DNA of 46,847 nucleotides, counting the filler, from Catajapyx aquilonaris (lineage: Eukaryota): the NCBI GenBank assembly GCA_000934665.2. It is 2 parts of 2 records of this genome, joined end to end, with 100 filler letters (N's around TTAATTAATTAA, not from the genome) between each part and the next. Parts side by side here need not be neighbours in the genome. Positions count along the whole stretch, not along the records: positions 1 to 23,376 come from JYFJ02005693.1; positions 23,477 to 46,847 come from KZ539400.1. One strand, written 5' to 3'. A program made the position numbers and the translations under genes. Below, piece by piece: positions 22,849 to 35,046 of this stretch; the first letter of the stretch is position 1, and each line of letters starts with the position of its first letter. Below the pieces are notes generated by a model. That model searched no databases and was not told where the DNA came from. It saw only the letters and a program-made list of their open reading frames with translations.

Positions 22849-23086
22849 GGAAGGGGCGCCTCCTTGGAAGGGGCGCCTCCTTGGAAGGGGCGCCTCCTTG
22901 GAAGGGGCGCCTCCTTGGAAGGGGCGCCTCCTCGGAAGGGGCGCCTCCTCGGAAGGGGCGCCTCCTCGGAAGGGGCGCCTCCTCGGAAGGGGCGCCTCCT
23001 CGGAAGGGGCGCCTCCTCGGAAGGGGCGCCTCCTCGGAAGGGGCGCCTCCTCGGAAGGGGCGCCTCCTCGGAAGGGGCGCCTCCTC
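22849..23086. repeat. 17-bp GC-rich minisatellite, 14 copies
   Basis: Unit GGAAGGGGCGCCTCCT(T/C); first 4 copies end in T, last 10 in C; no spacers. Confidence 0.95.
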
Positions 23087-23341
23087 AGACTGCCGAATGC
23101 CTGCAGTCTGAACACAGCACAATCCGCAAATGCATTTAGTTTCCCTCTATTGCCACATACGGGTAGGTTGAAAAGGTTCCACAAGTAGAGGCCCAAACTG
23201 CCTAACCGGTTATAATTGTTCCGTACGCTCATTTAAAAAAAATATTTGATAATAATCATAATCAACAAAATCATCATTGAATATGTGGTGCATCCACTAT
23301 ATGTAATCTAAGGAGGGTCATACAGCTCTGTGATTGCGCCG

Positions 23342-23376
23342 CACAGTGGTGCCCCGACCCCGTTTTCATGGACATA
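23342..23376 (+). mobile_element. Transib-like terminus truncated by the gap
   Basis: CACAGTGG after GC-rich CGCCG, the same CGNCG-type target as the 11431 element. Confidence 0.4.
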
Positions 23377-23476
23377 NNNNNNNNNNNNNNNNNNNNNNNN
23401 NNNNNNNNNNNNNNNNNNNNTTAATTAATTAANNNNNNNNNNNNNNNNNNNNNNNNNNNNNNNNNNNNNNNNNNNN
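23377..23476. other. Artificial contig spacer
   Basis: Exactly 44 N + TTAATTAATTAA (stops in all six frames) + 44 N. Confidence 0.9.
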
Positions 23477-24233
23477 TCATGAGTTTTATTAGTTCATATA
23501 TTGGGTTAGCTTGCGTCTCCCTTCATCGCTGACTACCCCTCATAGGGAAATGTCGTGATGTTGTTGTTGTTGTATTATTATTATTATTATTATTGCAAAT
23601 TCCTACCTTGCATTCCAATTCCAGTACCCCAACTCCACCACATGCCACCGTCCAGAATTTGATTAAAAACACTAGCTCTCGCGAACTTGGAATCATGTTG
23701 TTAGAACACATAAAATGTGCCTTCAGGTAGGCAAGAATAATTTATCTGAAACTCCCTCAGGTTGCTGCAGGTAAGACTGCCTCCCCCAATAGTACAAATT
23801 CCCATGGCCATCCCAATTACTTAACCCTACACTTCAGGCCACTGCCCACCTATGGGCACAATTTGCTCTTTTGTGCAGGGATTTTTGTTTATGAGTCTGA
23901 ATGTGGTCATGATGATCACCAATAGTAATTGGTTGAACAGGTCATGACCAAACACAGGTCTACATATACATTCACGTGAGAAATAAATTGGTATCACATA
24001 TAACATCGACCTGAGAGATGGTTGGGCAAAGTAAGCTCTGTGACAATGCTGCATTATGTACCATACACAAACTGATCTATTTTTAGAATTTTGGTTATTC
24101 GGGTATGACATCAATTAGGAAGTAAACATTCTCACAAGCAATAATTTTGAAAGTTTTTCCAAAAGTTTCTGTTTAAGGTGCTAACTGGTGCCAATACAAT
24201 GCATCCCAGCCTGATTGAAATGGGAAAATGTTA

Positions 24234-24810
24234 CGAGGTCCGTTCTACTATATAATAATAATGATTTACAATTTATTTTTTTGCCACAAATACAGAGCTT
24301 TCACAGGTCGGCAGCTGGGCACACATTATCGATAGAATCCTCCTGGAGCCGAATGCACTGGCACCACGGATGTGGCAGCATCTCCAAGCCCTCCAGGAAC
24401 ACTCTTTGGTGGTGCGGTGCACCCACTCCCAGACAACTGCTCACAGAGTCACAGTCAACAATGTCGCTGAAATGGCCTCAGTGAAGGAATTTTATTATGG
24501 ATCCAAACAGTCACACGGGACCAGGTCAGGGGAGTATGGCAGGTTTGGAACCACTCAAAGCTGTATCCATGAAAAATTCCCTTCGCCGACACCATTTCGG
24601 GGACATTGTTGACTGTAAGCAGTTGTCTGGGAGTGGGTGCCTGTTGTTTGGTTCCTGGAGGGCCTGGAGAGGTTGCCACACTTATGACTCCTGTGCATTC
24701 GACTCCAGGAGGATTCTCTCGATAATGTGTGCCTACGTGACGACCTGCCTGGGCCCTGTATTTGTGGCAAGAAAAATATTGTAAATCATTTTAGTATCGT
24801 AAGGCTGTCG
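24234..24810. mobile_element. Palindromic mariner-derived MITE (3'-end fold-back)
   Basis: Arms 24265-24500 / 24563-24790 are inverted; centre encodes PNLPYSPDLVPCD on the minus strand; TA-CGA..TCG-TA termini. Confidence 0.8.
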
Positions 24811-27800
24811 TAATTTGCTGTTTTGTGCAGTTTAGGAAGGCTGTCTCATGGTTCATGATAAAACCCATCCATATCGATTACTTACTAGAGCTGCAAAAAA
24901 ATCACAAAAATGCTAGTTCCACTCGGGCAACAAACCCATTCTGGCTGAGGTTGCTCAATTAATATTACCATATACACAAATCACCACAAATCCCATTTAT
25001 TGATGTTTTCTTCTGCAAATTTTGAAAATGTTTAGAAACTTGTACAACAACCTAGTTTGAAACTTGTTACAAATCACACCCACTTAAACGCACCTTCTGC
25101 ACGGAAGTAACAAAAGTGGAATGAAAATAAGTTTGCCACTGCATGAGACAAGACAAAATCATGTACAAAATTAGTGTCAACAGCGTGTCTTACACCAACT
25201 TTTAAGGCATGGCAAGCAACGCTCGAGATTCCTCACCAGTTCCTACATCCAGGAACTTTTCATTACGAAAACATACTAACAAGCACTTGAAAATACCAAC
25301 TGGTCTTTGTTCATCCCCCCATTCTGCAATATTCAAGAAATAAAAGCAAGAATAAACAGTAAAGTTACTTCCTCTCTTCATGCTCGAAAGTGTACATTAG
25401 GGCAGCCCTTTCCAATCCCCAGACCAGTTTGGGGGGGGTTGGCTGCTCATAAACAGGCAGGAGTTGGGAATTAATTCATCCAGGCACATTGGTAAAAATG
25501 GCAGCTGGACTTAAAAAGAACAAGAGGGAATATTAACCCATAGGAACAAGGGCCCCAGGAACTCCAGTAGACAAATTGGCATTTGACATCCAATTGAAGC
25601 AGAAAAGGACGGTAAAATATTGCAAATCCAGATTAATGAAAGAAAAGCCATTCGATTCACTTGCCAAAATGAAGAGGATCTAATGAGAATTAAATCTCAA
25701 TATTACTTCTGCAAGCACAGACTTCACGATGATATTAATCTGTACATGTGAATATGATTCCTGTAAATCAATTATAATTTTTCATGATCTCAGTTCATAA
25801 TTAATGGCATTTACAATTCGCTTCACAATGAGGTATAGTAAGTTTACTCCAGACCACTGGTATAAACTTGTGCAAAACAAGTAAAAATATGAGTGTACTC
25901 ATAGAAAATGACAATAATACAGTGCAAAATGAAGAGTGGTTCAGTAACATATTTTTGTCGGGGCTCAGTTTGTTCACTTCATCAACAAATTGCAAAACCT
26001 GTCAGGTCAGGTGCAAACTCGGTGATGTGACGGTGATGGTGTGCGGAAAGGTTAGAGAAATAGGATGCACATGTAACCATCAATCGGCTAGTTTGTGCAT
26101 GGCTTTTTAGTTCAAATTGCACAGGCCGAGGGCAGGGCAGAGCAGAGCGGTGGAAGAAATGCAATCCTTACTGAAATTGCAGCTACCCTTCCGTTTCCCG
26201 CCTTGGCAATTTGCACTAAAATTCAAGGAGGGCTTAAACTGGGCAGTGGTGATGAATGGGCTTCTGCACAACCTATTCCTGCAACTGTTCCATCTGATGT
26301 TACTGTCACATGGTCTAGTTTGCACCCAGCCTGAGGTTTGTCATCATATAAAGAGACTATACCTGGAAACACTATACTTACAACATCTCTTTGGTGTGAT
26401 AAATTCCACAACTCTTACAAACAAGTGGATTTTTGTGTAATACCACATAACAATTTGACGTTCCATTTAAAAACATGTAAAGTTTATTTTGACATTTAAT
26501 TTCCCAGTCCCATGAACTAATAAAAGTTCTTTGTTGTTCACTTGTTGTCACTTCACGCTGATGATAATGGAAAATGGCTGCTGCAAAATCACATACAGTA
26601 ATGGTACCTAAATTGACAATGTTCCCAATTACCTGAGTGATATTTTATGCCTGTGAGAGATATGCAACCTCATTTTGCATGACATTATCCAAGAGCATGA
26701 AAACAACATTGACTTCTCCTTTGAAATGAAAATAAGAAGCCTTAGTTATTCACTAAGTTATTAAGGGGGCACGATACCATTTTTCAAAATGACCATGATT
26801 CAAATATATCGTTTACTAGGTATTGAGCCTTTTGGGAGCAGGGGACCAGCTTTTGGGAGCAGGGATTAGTGAGGTGGAAATGGGGTGTGGGTAGGGGCTG
26901 TGTATATGTGGCTGTTGGTATCAGAGATGGTACTAATGGCACAGAAATGGTCCAGACACTTGGGGGTAGGCTGACCATTGACAAGTGTCTGAACCATTTC
27001 TGTGCTGATAGTGCACAGAAGCTTAGTTTAAAATGGTATGATGTCACTGAAAACATTTCAACCATTGATGGAGTCCACCTTATGTAAGTGCTAAACTTCA
27101 CCTATAAGTATGAGGAAGATTACCTTAGTGTTTGTGAAATCACACAAAATACTAGAATTTTAAGTTACACATCCACTTTGAATTCCACCATCTAATTGGA
27201 CCCTTTGTATACAATGTAAAAGATTATAGAGGTCAAGACAGTCGCCCTGAAGGTCTGAGGGTACTTTAAAGGGTTATGCACAGAGGAATCCCCAGGACAG
27301 TCCAACACTGGTCCTAGTCCCAGTCCTGTGTCCCAGTCAGTATGGGCTACTCTGTCTTTGTGCCCACGTTGCTTGGTACAGTACATATGAAAGACTAGAA
27401 CTAGTACCAGAACCATCCCAGAGATGCTCGTGTAGATTCCTTAAGAGAGATCAACAGAGGCAACTTTAGGACTCGTGCGCTTGTCCAGGAATAACTGTTA
27501 CAACCATCACATCATTCACAGTTTACACTACATTCATTACCACCACACTATTACTACATTATTTCATCCCTGCTCACTTCAGGACATTACTTTGTGGAGG
27601 GAGGGGAGAGAATGGATGGGGAGAATGGAAAATAGAAAAAAAAGGGAAAAGCACTTCCATAGAAGCTACTGTGGGTCATGGCAACACCAATCCTGGCTGA
27701 GGTCCTTTGCATGATTTGAATGAATTGATGATGATTTGCATGATGATGATTTGAATTGAAAATGTTCGACAAATTATTGCCTTCTAAAAGTCATAATTTC

Positions 27801-27870
27801 GTTCTTAGCCTAGTGCTTGCAACCATCATTCATTATTTTAATGCCTTTCAACTGGGTGGTAGGTACTGTA

Positions 27871-28257
27871 CAGTGCTGCTCATAAAGAATGGTACGACTC
27901 TTATGTACAAAATGTTTATTCTGTTCCCAACCCCTGGGTCACCAGCATGTTTTTAGGGGTCATGAGGAAGGCTGGGAAAAAGGCAATTAAAATCAAGAAA
28001 AAAAGAAAAGAAAAAAACAAGGCAAAGTAAGAAAATTTTAGGGGGAAATTCATCTCAAATCTATGTAAGCATTGTACCAGGTTGAACATTTTGGTAATAA
28101 AAAATTTCGGAAAAAGTCGGGAGGGGGTCATATGGCTCGCCAGAGATCTAGGACAAGTTGTCCATAGTGTCGCAACGAAATCAGGTGGGAATCATGCTGG
28201 ATAGTCAGAATAAACATGTCGTCTATGGAGTCATACCATTCTTTATGAGCAGGACTG
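27871..28257. mobile_element. Tc1-like MITE
   Basis: 30-bp TIR CAGT(G/C)CTGCTCATAAAGAATGGTA(C/T)GACTC, TA TSD. Confidence 0.85.
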
Positions 28258-29245
28258 TACATCTTACCAGTAGCAAAAAAAGTGATCATAAAAACCCAAG
28301 CTCCTCGTCACCACGTAAAGCAGTTTTTTCCATCCTATAATTAGGGAAAAAATTACTACTTTCAAAAAAAAGCAAAGTGTCAAAAACCAATTCTGAAAAA
28401 TTATGTTTATGTCTGCATTTTTCTTCTGAAAATAATCCAACAAAAAATTGCAGCCTACTGTCTTTCACCTCTGCATTTCAGTCTCTAGGGCGTCCCCACC
28501 CTTTGTCCATGTGATGGTACCCAAAAAGTAGTGCAACCATACTGTGTAGTTTTAAAATAATTATTGCCAAGTTGTGTGTAATTACATCTGTATGATGCAA
28601 ACCCTGCTTCTAATTGAATTCCACTTTTTTGGTGCCAGTGTGAATGAAGGTGGTTAGAGATTGGGGATTCCTGAGCAGAACCCCATGCCCTAGAATCGCA
28701 AAATGTCACAACATGGTACTGATGGGAGAATGGAATCAGTGAGACCGATCTACCATATTGCAAAGGTTGACTTAAAATGACAATCAGACTTTTCCCACTC
28801 ATGTGACCTGCATCCCTTGAGAGGCCACCACTCTGCTTGATTCAGTCACTTTGCATGATCAATAAATATATTTAAAAATTCCCTAGAAACTGCTTCTTGT
28901 AACAGCCTGTTAAGCTGTTGCAGCACACACATGACCCAGGAACACACCGAGTTGATGTATACCGATAGGCAATAACATCTTGAATATTGTTAATGCGCTA
29001 GAATAGCGAAGCCTTGGAAACAACTCGCCAGCAGTGATTTATTGCCAATCCCTCTTAAAATGACTAAAAACTGCCTGCGTTAAAAATGAAAACAACAAAT
29101 GATCAATGCAAATAATGCTACTGTCATTCTGCAGTATATCCTTAAGAATGAGCAAAACATAATACAATTTTAAAAATTCAGTGATTTGTGACAATAATCA
29201 TTGGAAAAATTAACACCCAGGCTCTCTCAATTCCAAAATTTTGAG

Positions 29246-29319
29246 ACGAAAAATTGAATAGCACTATGTTCCAACAATGATCATAATCATTGTTGGAAGA
29301 GTGCTATTCAATTTTTCGT
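29246..29319. repeat. About 74-nt hairpin downstream of the TMEM33 stop
   Basis: ACGAAAAATTGAATAGCACT..TTCCAACAATGAT / ATCATTGTTGGAAGAGTGCTATTCAATTTTTCGT with a 4-nt loop. Confidence 0.85.
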
Positions 29320-30005
29320 ATCCAAATTCATATCAAATTATTAGCACCTGGAAATGATTGTGGTCTGCAACCAAGCCAACACTTGGTCACCTTCTCACTG
29401 AGACACACATTATGTACCTTGTTAAAAACTTGACAAGATTAGTTTATTTCTTCAAGGGCATCAAAAACCCTTCTTTTAATGACATTTATTTGATGCAGCA
29501 GTCAAATAGAATACTTTTGCAAGACTATACTTTTGGTATCGTGGCCCCTTCAATGCAAATGTTATTACATTTGTAATCCATACATTTCAGAAGTCAACAG
29601 ATATAGACCTGGAAATATGCAGATCAACACAATCAGTTCTCTGTCCCATAGTGTAATTGCAAAAACATGTCTCTGTGATGGAACATGAAACAAATGCATA
29701 GGTGAAAACACGAACTCAATTTCCCTCAACTTGTACATGACATTAGAATAACATATAGCTGAAAATGAACAGTTTGTTAAGTGCCACATATTTGTTTCAA
29801 AAACACAGCACCAGCCATAATGGCTCATTTGTGAAATTTCAACCACGGGAACATTATAGTGCACAAAGATGGCTGTCCTGTGCACAATTCAACCACCCAG
29901 TTAAAGTCATCTCAATAAGAGATTGGTAATCAAAATGTCCGTATATTTCCCCTCACCTCCAGTTGCCCCCTAATCCCAACCATTCCAACAGCCATAAATT
30001 ACAAT

Positions 30006-30228
30006 TCACTGACTGAGGGGCACCTGAGGAGCAAGCCCACTGATGACCTGGACTGCCCTCATGACGAAGGCTCTGATTCCCTGGGGGCACCTTGGCTGGG
30101 CTACTGTCTTCTCCACTGCCAGACGAAGCTCATGGAATATGTTGCGGGTATTTGGATTGCGCCTTGATGCATATCGAAGAGTCAGGAAACGATAGTATAT
30201 CAGTGGTGTCACCAAGCTCGAGCGTCCA
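30006..30228 (-). CDS. TMEM33: Transmembrane protein 33 (Kr-h2/Pom33 family), coding exon 5
   Basis: TTTTACAG acceptor; LVTPLIYYRFLTLRYASRRNPNTRNIFHELR..CP; TGA stop. Confidence 0.92.
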
Positions 30229-30489
30229 CTGTAAAAAAAACACATACTGTAATCCTTGGAAAGTATGGAAAAGACATCAAAAATAGCCTGTGTAAAACTT
30301 CAATGCAACCATTATTAAGCTGTCTATGAAGCAGGGTGGAAGCAATTAAGTATAAAATGGACAACCCAAACACAAGTGATACAAGTTAATTAAGGGTGGG
30401 TGATTAATGGCAGTGCAAGGATGTCAGATATCTCTTGCAGCAAAATGCATAGGCAGAAACTGCTAGACCACTGCATGAAATATACTGTA

Positions 30490-31032
30490 GGGGAGGCCGG
30501 GGCACAGTGGTCCACTTTTGAACATTTAAATTTTTAAAAGAGCTCCTTTTATACAGTCGACACACCCAATATTTCCCGGCATAGTGGAGGTACTCATTGG
30601 TGATATACGTCACTAATATATTCATAGGCAATGCCATCCATTTGGCTAAATTTCTTTTTAGAAGCTGCCCTATGCAAATAGACCACTGTACCCCGATGCC
30701 CGGGGCAGTGGTCTGGAAGTGATTGGGACCCCTAATTCCCCAAGTAGTTGTTTTTTAAATCGTACATCTAACCCCTCTAAATAAATAGCAAATAATAAAA
30801 AGGGACTTCTGTTATTGCAACCTGCAGACACAAGTGAAACATCGTCTCTCTCCAGAAAGTAGACCTTGTCCTGCCACATCCTTTGGCACATGAACTTTAT
30901 GTGATACTAGTGTCTTCAAAACCATTACACATAAACCTACGATGACATTAATTGCTCTGGAGAGGCAAAAGGGGACACGGTGGTCCACAGAGGTGCACAT
31001 TTGTCCATGGACCACTGTGCCCCACTCTTCCC
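30490..31032. mobile_element. TA-targeting MITE in TMEM33 intron
   Basis: TIR GGG(G/A)AG..GGGGCACAGTGGTCCA, TA flanks, internal copies of the same motif. Confidence 0.7.
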
Positions 31033-31320
31033 TATATATTTTACACATGATATACCACAAGACAAAATTTAAATTTTTGTCACAACTAGACAACACTTCA
31101 CCTATTCTGCAAAGCTGAAGTAGCTAATTCAGACAATTTTAAAAAAATACACATAATGGGATAACAGAAGGACCACATCACCCGACAAAGTTTGGTTTGC
31201 TTGAAAAAACATAAGTTATGGGATATGTATGCAGAGCATGTTGGAAGTTTTAAATTACAGGCATGCTCATTTTGCTGCCCTTACTCCCTTCTGTTTCTAT
31301 AATGATTCAATCAGACTTAC

Positions 31321-31454
31321 AAGAACAGCATGAGGACAGTGAAAGGCATGAGGAAAATCTCCGTAAAGGCAACCAGACGGAGTAGGTTGTATGACTGGAA
31401 CTCAACCAGAGTGACCAAGATGCGGATTCCCCACCACACATTCTGCCCACGTGC
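31321..31454 (-). CDS. TMEM33: Transmembrane protein 33, coding exon 4
   Basis: ARGQNVWWGIRILVTLVEFQSYNLLRLVAFTEIFLMPFTVLMLF; CACAG acceptor, TT/GTAAGT donor. Confidence 0.9.
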
Positions 31455-31551
31455 CTGTGGATTTACATAAAATGTTTAGTGACTGGTTTTCAAGTAACAC
31501 TTAAAGTGAAGTTTGGTAGAAAAAAGAATGTACAACTTGACTCCGCCGGAC

Positions 31552-31619
31552 GTCCAGAAATGTCAACGTGTAGCTTGAAGCATGCAATACTGCAAATAAA
31601 AAGATCGGCAGCAGAACCA
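31552..31619 (-). CDS. TMEM33: Transmembrane protein 33, coding exon 3
   Basis: LVLLPIFLFAVLHASSYTLTFLD; follows a U12 branch site; weak GTCCGG donor. Confidence 0.88.
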
Positions 31620-31769
31620 CTGCAGGTCATGCAGTCAAGGAAGAATTCAAATATTCCATACAACTCTAATAATAACATAACGTGGGTTTAAAAGAACTTG
31701 TAACTTGCCTGCAAAATATCATATGTCAAGAGCTGTCACTCTTACACGACTATGAGGAAACCAGTTATA

Positions 31770-32296
31770 CAGGGTGTAAATGAATTCGGGGGACAAACTT
31801 GCAGGGGTAATAGAGGGGACCAAGACAAACATTTTTGACCTAGGAACCCGTGTCCGGAAACGCCATCTAGAGGGGGTTCATAGACAAGGAACGGGTGCGC
31901 TCAGACGCGTCACGCGGGAGGCGCTAACGAGCGGACCCTTTAGTTGCTAGGTGCCGCGCGGATTGTACACAACTTTGCAATTCGCCATAACTTGGCAACA
32001 ACAGAGTTGTTGTTTATTATCTGTGCCCTACCTTGCATGCTGACTTTAGTTGTTAGGTGGCTCTGTTGTTGCCAGGTTATGGCAAATTGCGAAGTTGTGT
32101 ACAATTCGCATGCCACCTAGCAACTAAACGATCCGCTCGCTGACACCGTCTGCTGACGCGTCTGAGCGCACCCATTCTTTGTCTATGAACCCCCTCTAGA
32201 TGGCGTTTCCGGACACGGGTTCCTAGGTCAAATATGTTTGTCTTGGTCCCCTCTATTACCCCAACAAGTTTGTCCCCCGATTTCATTTACACCCTG
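31770..32296. mobile_element. Tc1/mariner-type palindromic MITE
   Basis: CAGGGTGTAAATGAA termini, TA TSD, inverted arms over 200 bp. Confidence 0.9.
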
Positions 32297-32601
32297 TATA
32301 GCAATCCTAATTAATTGCTCTAAGATCTGTAGATGTCAATCAGAGTCCTGGTACAGTAAGACGTCAGGTTAAAATAGCCATGTTTTATATGAGAGCTGCA
32401 TGGAAAGAAGTATGAAATAATGCAAGTACTGGGCAGGTAACACAGGTTTTCTATCTTTCTGCACTTGGTGCATTTGTAAGAATAGGACAGCATCTAGACA
32501 GAAACACAAAAATTCAGCCAGTTTAGTATTCTAAAGATGAGACCACACAAAGCCTGTGATTTCATTCCCACTAAACTGGTCACAAAAGCTGACTTACAAC
32601 C

Positions 32602-32662
32602 ATATCCAAAATGTACAGGGGTCTAAACATAATATGTTTAGACCCCTGTACATTTTGGATAT
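32602..32662. repeat. Perfect palindrome, 30-bp arms with 1-nt spacer
   Basis: ATATCCAAAATGTACAGGGGTCTAAACATA-A-TATGTTTAGACCCCTGTACATTTTGGATAT. Confidence 0.95.
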
Positions 32663-32851
32663 TATGCAGTCTTAGCACTACTTTTAGTTTTAATCTTCAA
32701 AATCCATCAATCAGCTCTCCATCCTTCATCCCAAAGTGCCCACGCCAATTGAAAAATCCTTATGACTGAGACTAAAATTACTGCTAAAACAGCCCATGTG
32801 CACACTTCTCCACAATACTGATTTATAGCACTATACTCTATACTTCTATAG

Positions 32852-33096
32852 CCGTGGTTCCCAACCTGTGGGTCGCGACCCCCAAGGGGCTTGAGAAGGG
32901 TTTTCTGTGGTGTCTCCAAGGTTGTATTTACATTAACAAACAATCAGCTGCAAATAAGTATGTTATGAAGTTATGAAAATATTTTGTTTTCTTTACCCTA
33001 TAAAAATGCATTTTTATGCAAATGTTGGGGGGTGTCACAGGTAACTCGGCTATTATAAAAGGAGGGTCGCCACTCGAGAAAGGTTCAGAACCACTG
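32852..33096. mobile_element. hAT-Charlie-like MITE
   Basis: C(C/A)GTGGTTC..AACCT termini, GGGTCGC subterminal motifs, TSD TTCTATAG/CTCTAGAG. Confidence 0.75.
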
Positions 33097-33588
33097 CTCT
33101 AGAGCATGGCTAGCAGCACCCGTCAGTGACTCTGGGAATCCAGCTGTAACTACTTGTCTTGGCTGTTCTCATCTGTTACCCAGGATTGTCAGGCCATCAG
33201 TTGTGCATCGATATACAAGGATAGGTCAATGATTTCAAATCTTACGAGATATTAGGAAGTAGTGAAACTAACCAAAAATTAGAACTCTGATTACTGGGGG
33301 CAATAGTATCAATGGTGTCAATAATGGGTTGGTTAGTGAAAATATTTTGTTTGGTGATAGTCTTGCAAAGTAAATAAATAGTACTACGGCTCTATTTCCC
33401 AGGCCATGCAAAACTTGTCACACCATCCTTCTTCTTCGTTAATGATAACATTATGATATCCTGCATTATAAGTATGACTGTGACACCCACATACTGCAAA
33501 ATAAAGTGCAGTTGCAAAATCAAAACTCACGAAGCCATTCCACTGAATTGATTCAAAGTGTCAAATGTTCTTAATTGTGAAAGGATAC

Positions 33589-33770
33589 AAGTCATTGGTC
33601 CTGCATAGAGAAATATGAGGGAATAGAAGAGGTAATGGCAGCTGTCCTCGATGATGAGCTGTGCCAGAAATTCCCTGGTGAACTGGACCCTCGGCAGGCG
33701 CTGGTGGAGGCGGAGGGCACTAGTGGCTGCATTTGACATCAGCGCCTTGTAATATGCATTCAGTGGATTG
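33589..33770 (-). CDS. TMEM33: Transmembrane protein 33, coding exon 2
   Basis: AYYKALMSNAATSALRLHQRLP..EDSCHYLFYSLIF, hallmark TMEM33 motifs; TTTTAG acceptor. Confidence 0.95.
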
Positions 33771-34440
33771 CTAAAATAACCAACAGTTGTAAAACAAATT
33801 ATTATTTATGCTACAATGAAGCATTTCCATTTTGTTCAGTTAACACTGCTTTCAAATTTTTCACTACAGCATGAAGTAAGAAGTCCATTCAGATGAAAAT
33901 GACCCACTCAATCAGATGTGAACAATTATAAATTAGTGCAGGAACAATTACTCTAAAAATCTGGATGTCTCATCTACTATTGAACCAAAGGAAGTGCTCC
34001 AGGATTGGTGTTTGAGATCTGAGGTCCGAGATCATAATTTTTAGTGAGGTTGTTTCTAGTAATATTAACAGAAAAAGTGAAACTCTGTTTTTGCTAATTA
34101 GATGATCCCATACGAGAAATCAGGAATGACAGTTATGATCATCCAATCTATCCCTGGGTTCAACCCTGACTCACTCTCGACCAGGGGTTCTCAACCCATG
34201 CTGTTATTATGCATATGGGCCTTAGTGGCAGGCTGTACATTTTTGAATGAGGACATTCTAGATGTGTACCATGACAAGTGCAGTCCCAGTGGGATCACGT
34301 GAGACAGGGTACATGAGCATACCTGATGACAGGTTATAACTTAAGATTTGATCATTCATTTTTAGCTCATAACTGTGGTTAACTTGCACCTCCTTATTTA
34401 TAGGGAAATGTCATAATGGATGTACAGAATGTTCCAAATA

Positions 34441-34655
34441 CAGGCAGTCTCCAACTTACATAGCTCCAACCGACATAGATTCAAACTCGCATAAAAAATT
34501 TCTGATAGGTGCAAAAAATCTCCAGTACCAATATATTGATGTAAGGTACAGTACAGCATACCATATACTTTTTTTAAAAGGTTCTCAAATGCGTAAAAAT
34601 CGACTTATCTAATGTTGCGGAACAATCCACGTTTACATAAGTCTGGGACTGGCTG
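34441..34655. mobile_element. Tigger-like MITE
   Basis: CAG(G/C)CAGTC..ACTTA termini with TA flanks. Confidence 0.65.
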
Positions 34656-34656
34656 T

Positions 34657-34878
34657 ATTAGGGTCCTTTTAGTATCACAAATTTCACCCAAAGTTGTTAG
34701 TTTTGTGTAGCGTTTTGTGACCCAATCGAGATGCCCAATAATTCCCAGGTGTGGTCGAACATAGCAGCTGCTTTATAATTGGGCACCTCAATAGGGGCAC
34801 AAAAAGCCACATAAGAATAACAACTTTAGGCAAAATTTGCAATAACTAAAAGGACCAAAATACTGGGAACACACTGTA
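34657..34878 (-). repeat. Tc1-like MITE family copy (homologous to 17538-17750)
   Basis: Reverse-complement similarity to 17538-17750; ends GGAACACACTG-TA. Confidence 0.65.
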
Positions 34879-34886
34879 TATGCGTA

Positions 34887-35046
34887 CAGTATTGGTCATA
34901 TATCGAGGCAACTGCCAGCGACATTTTCCGAAGCGGCAGAAGAAGGAATCGAAGATAAGCATGCTACAAGCCGGGCGAGCAAGATTCCTTCTTCTGCCGA
35001 TTCGGAAAATGTCGCTGGTGGTTGCCTCGATATATGACCAGAACTG
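34887..35046. mobile_element. 160-bp hairpin MITE (Tc1/mariner type)
   Basis: About 64-bp arms CAGT..TGGTCATATATCGAGGCAAC..GAAGAAGGAATC, TA TSD. Confidence 0.85.

Larger units (their letters stand above)
31620..33588 (-). other. TMEM33: U12-type (minor spliceosome) GT-AG intron of TMEM33
   Basis: 5' site GTATCCTTT at 33588-33580; branch site TTCCTTGAC at 31642-31634 close to the CAG acceptor; no polypyrimidine tract after it. Confidence 0.92.

Noticed and set aside
22849..23086. Possible CRISPR array or repeat-protein ORFs
   Set aside because: Units are directly abutting with no spacers and the context is eukaryotic; ORFs in many frames merely reflect a stop-free 17-bp repeat
23421..23432. 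TTAATTAATTAA as a piggyBac site or biological motif
   Set aside because: Centred in a symmetric 100-nt N block and has stops in all six frames: a synthetic linker. Synteny between the two halves cannot be assumed
25590..25740. Possible RTE reverse-transcriptase relic (IQINERKAIRF..EEDL)
   Set aside because: Too short and degenerate, catalytic DD missing; not supportable
26095..26440. Overlapping ORFs of 60-107 aa
   Set aside because: No recognisable domain or splice framework
26761..27083. Possible Kolobok-like MITE (TTAA at left end)
   Set aside because: Terminal inverted match is weak and the right TSD is imperfect
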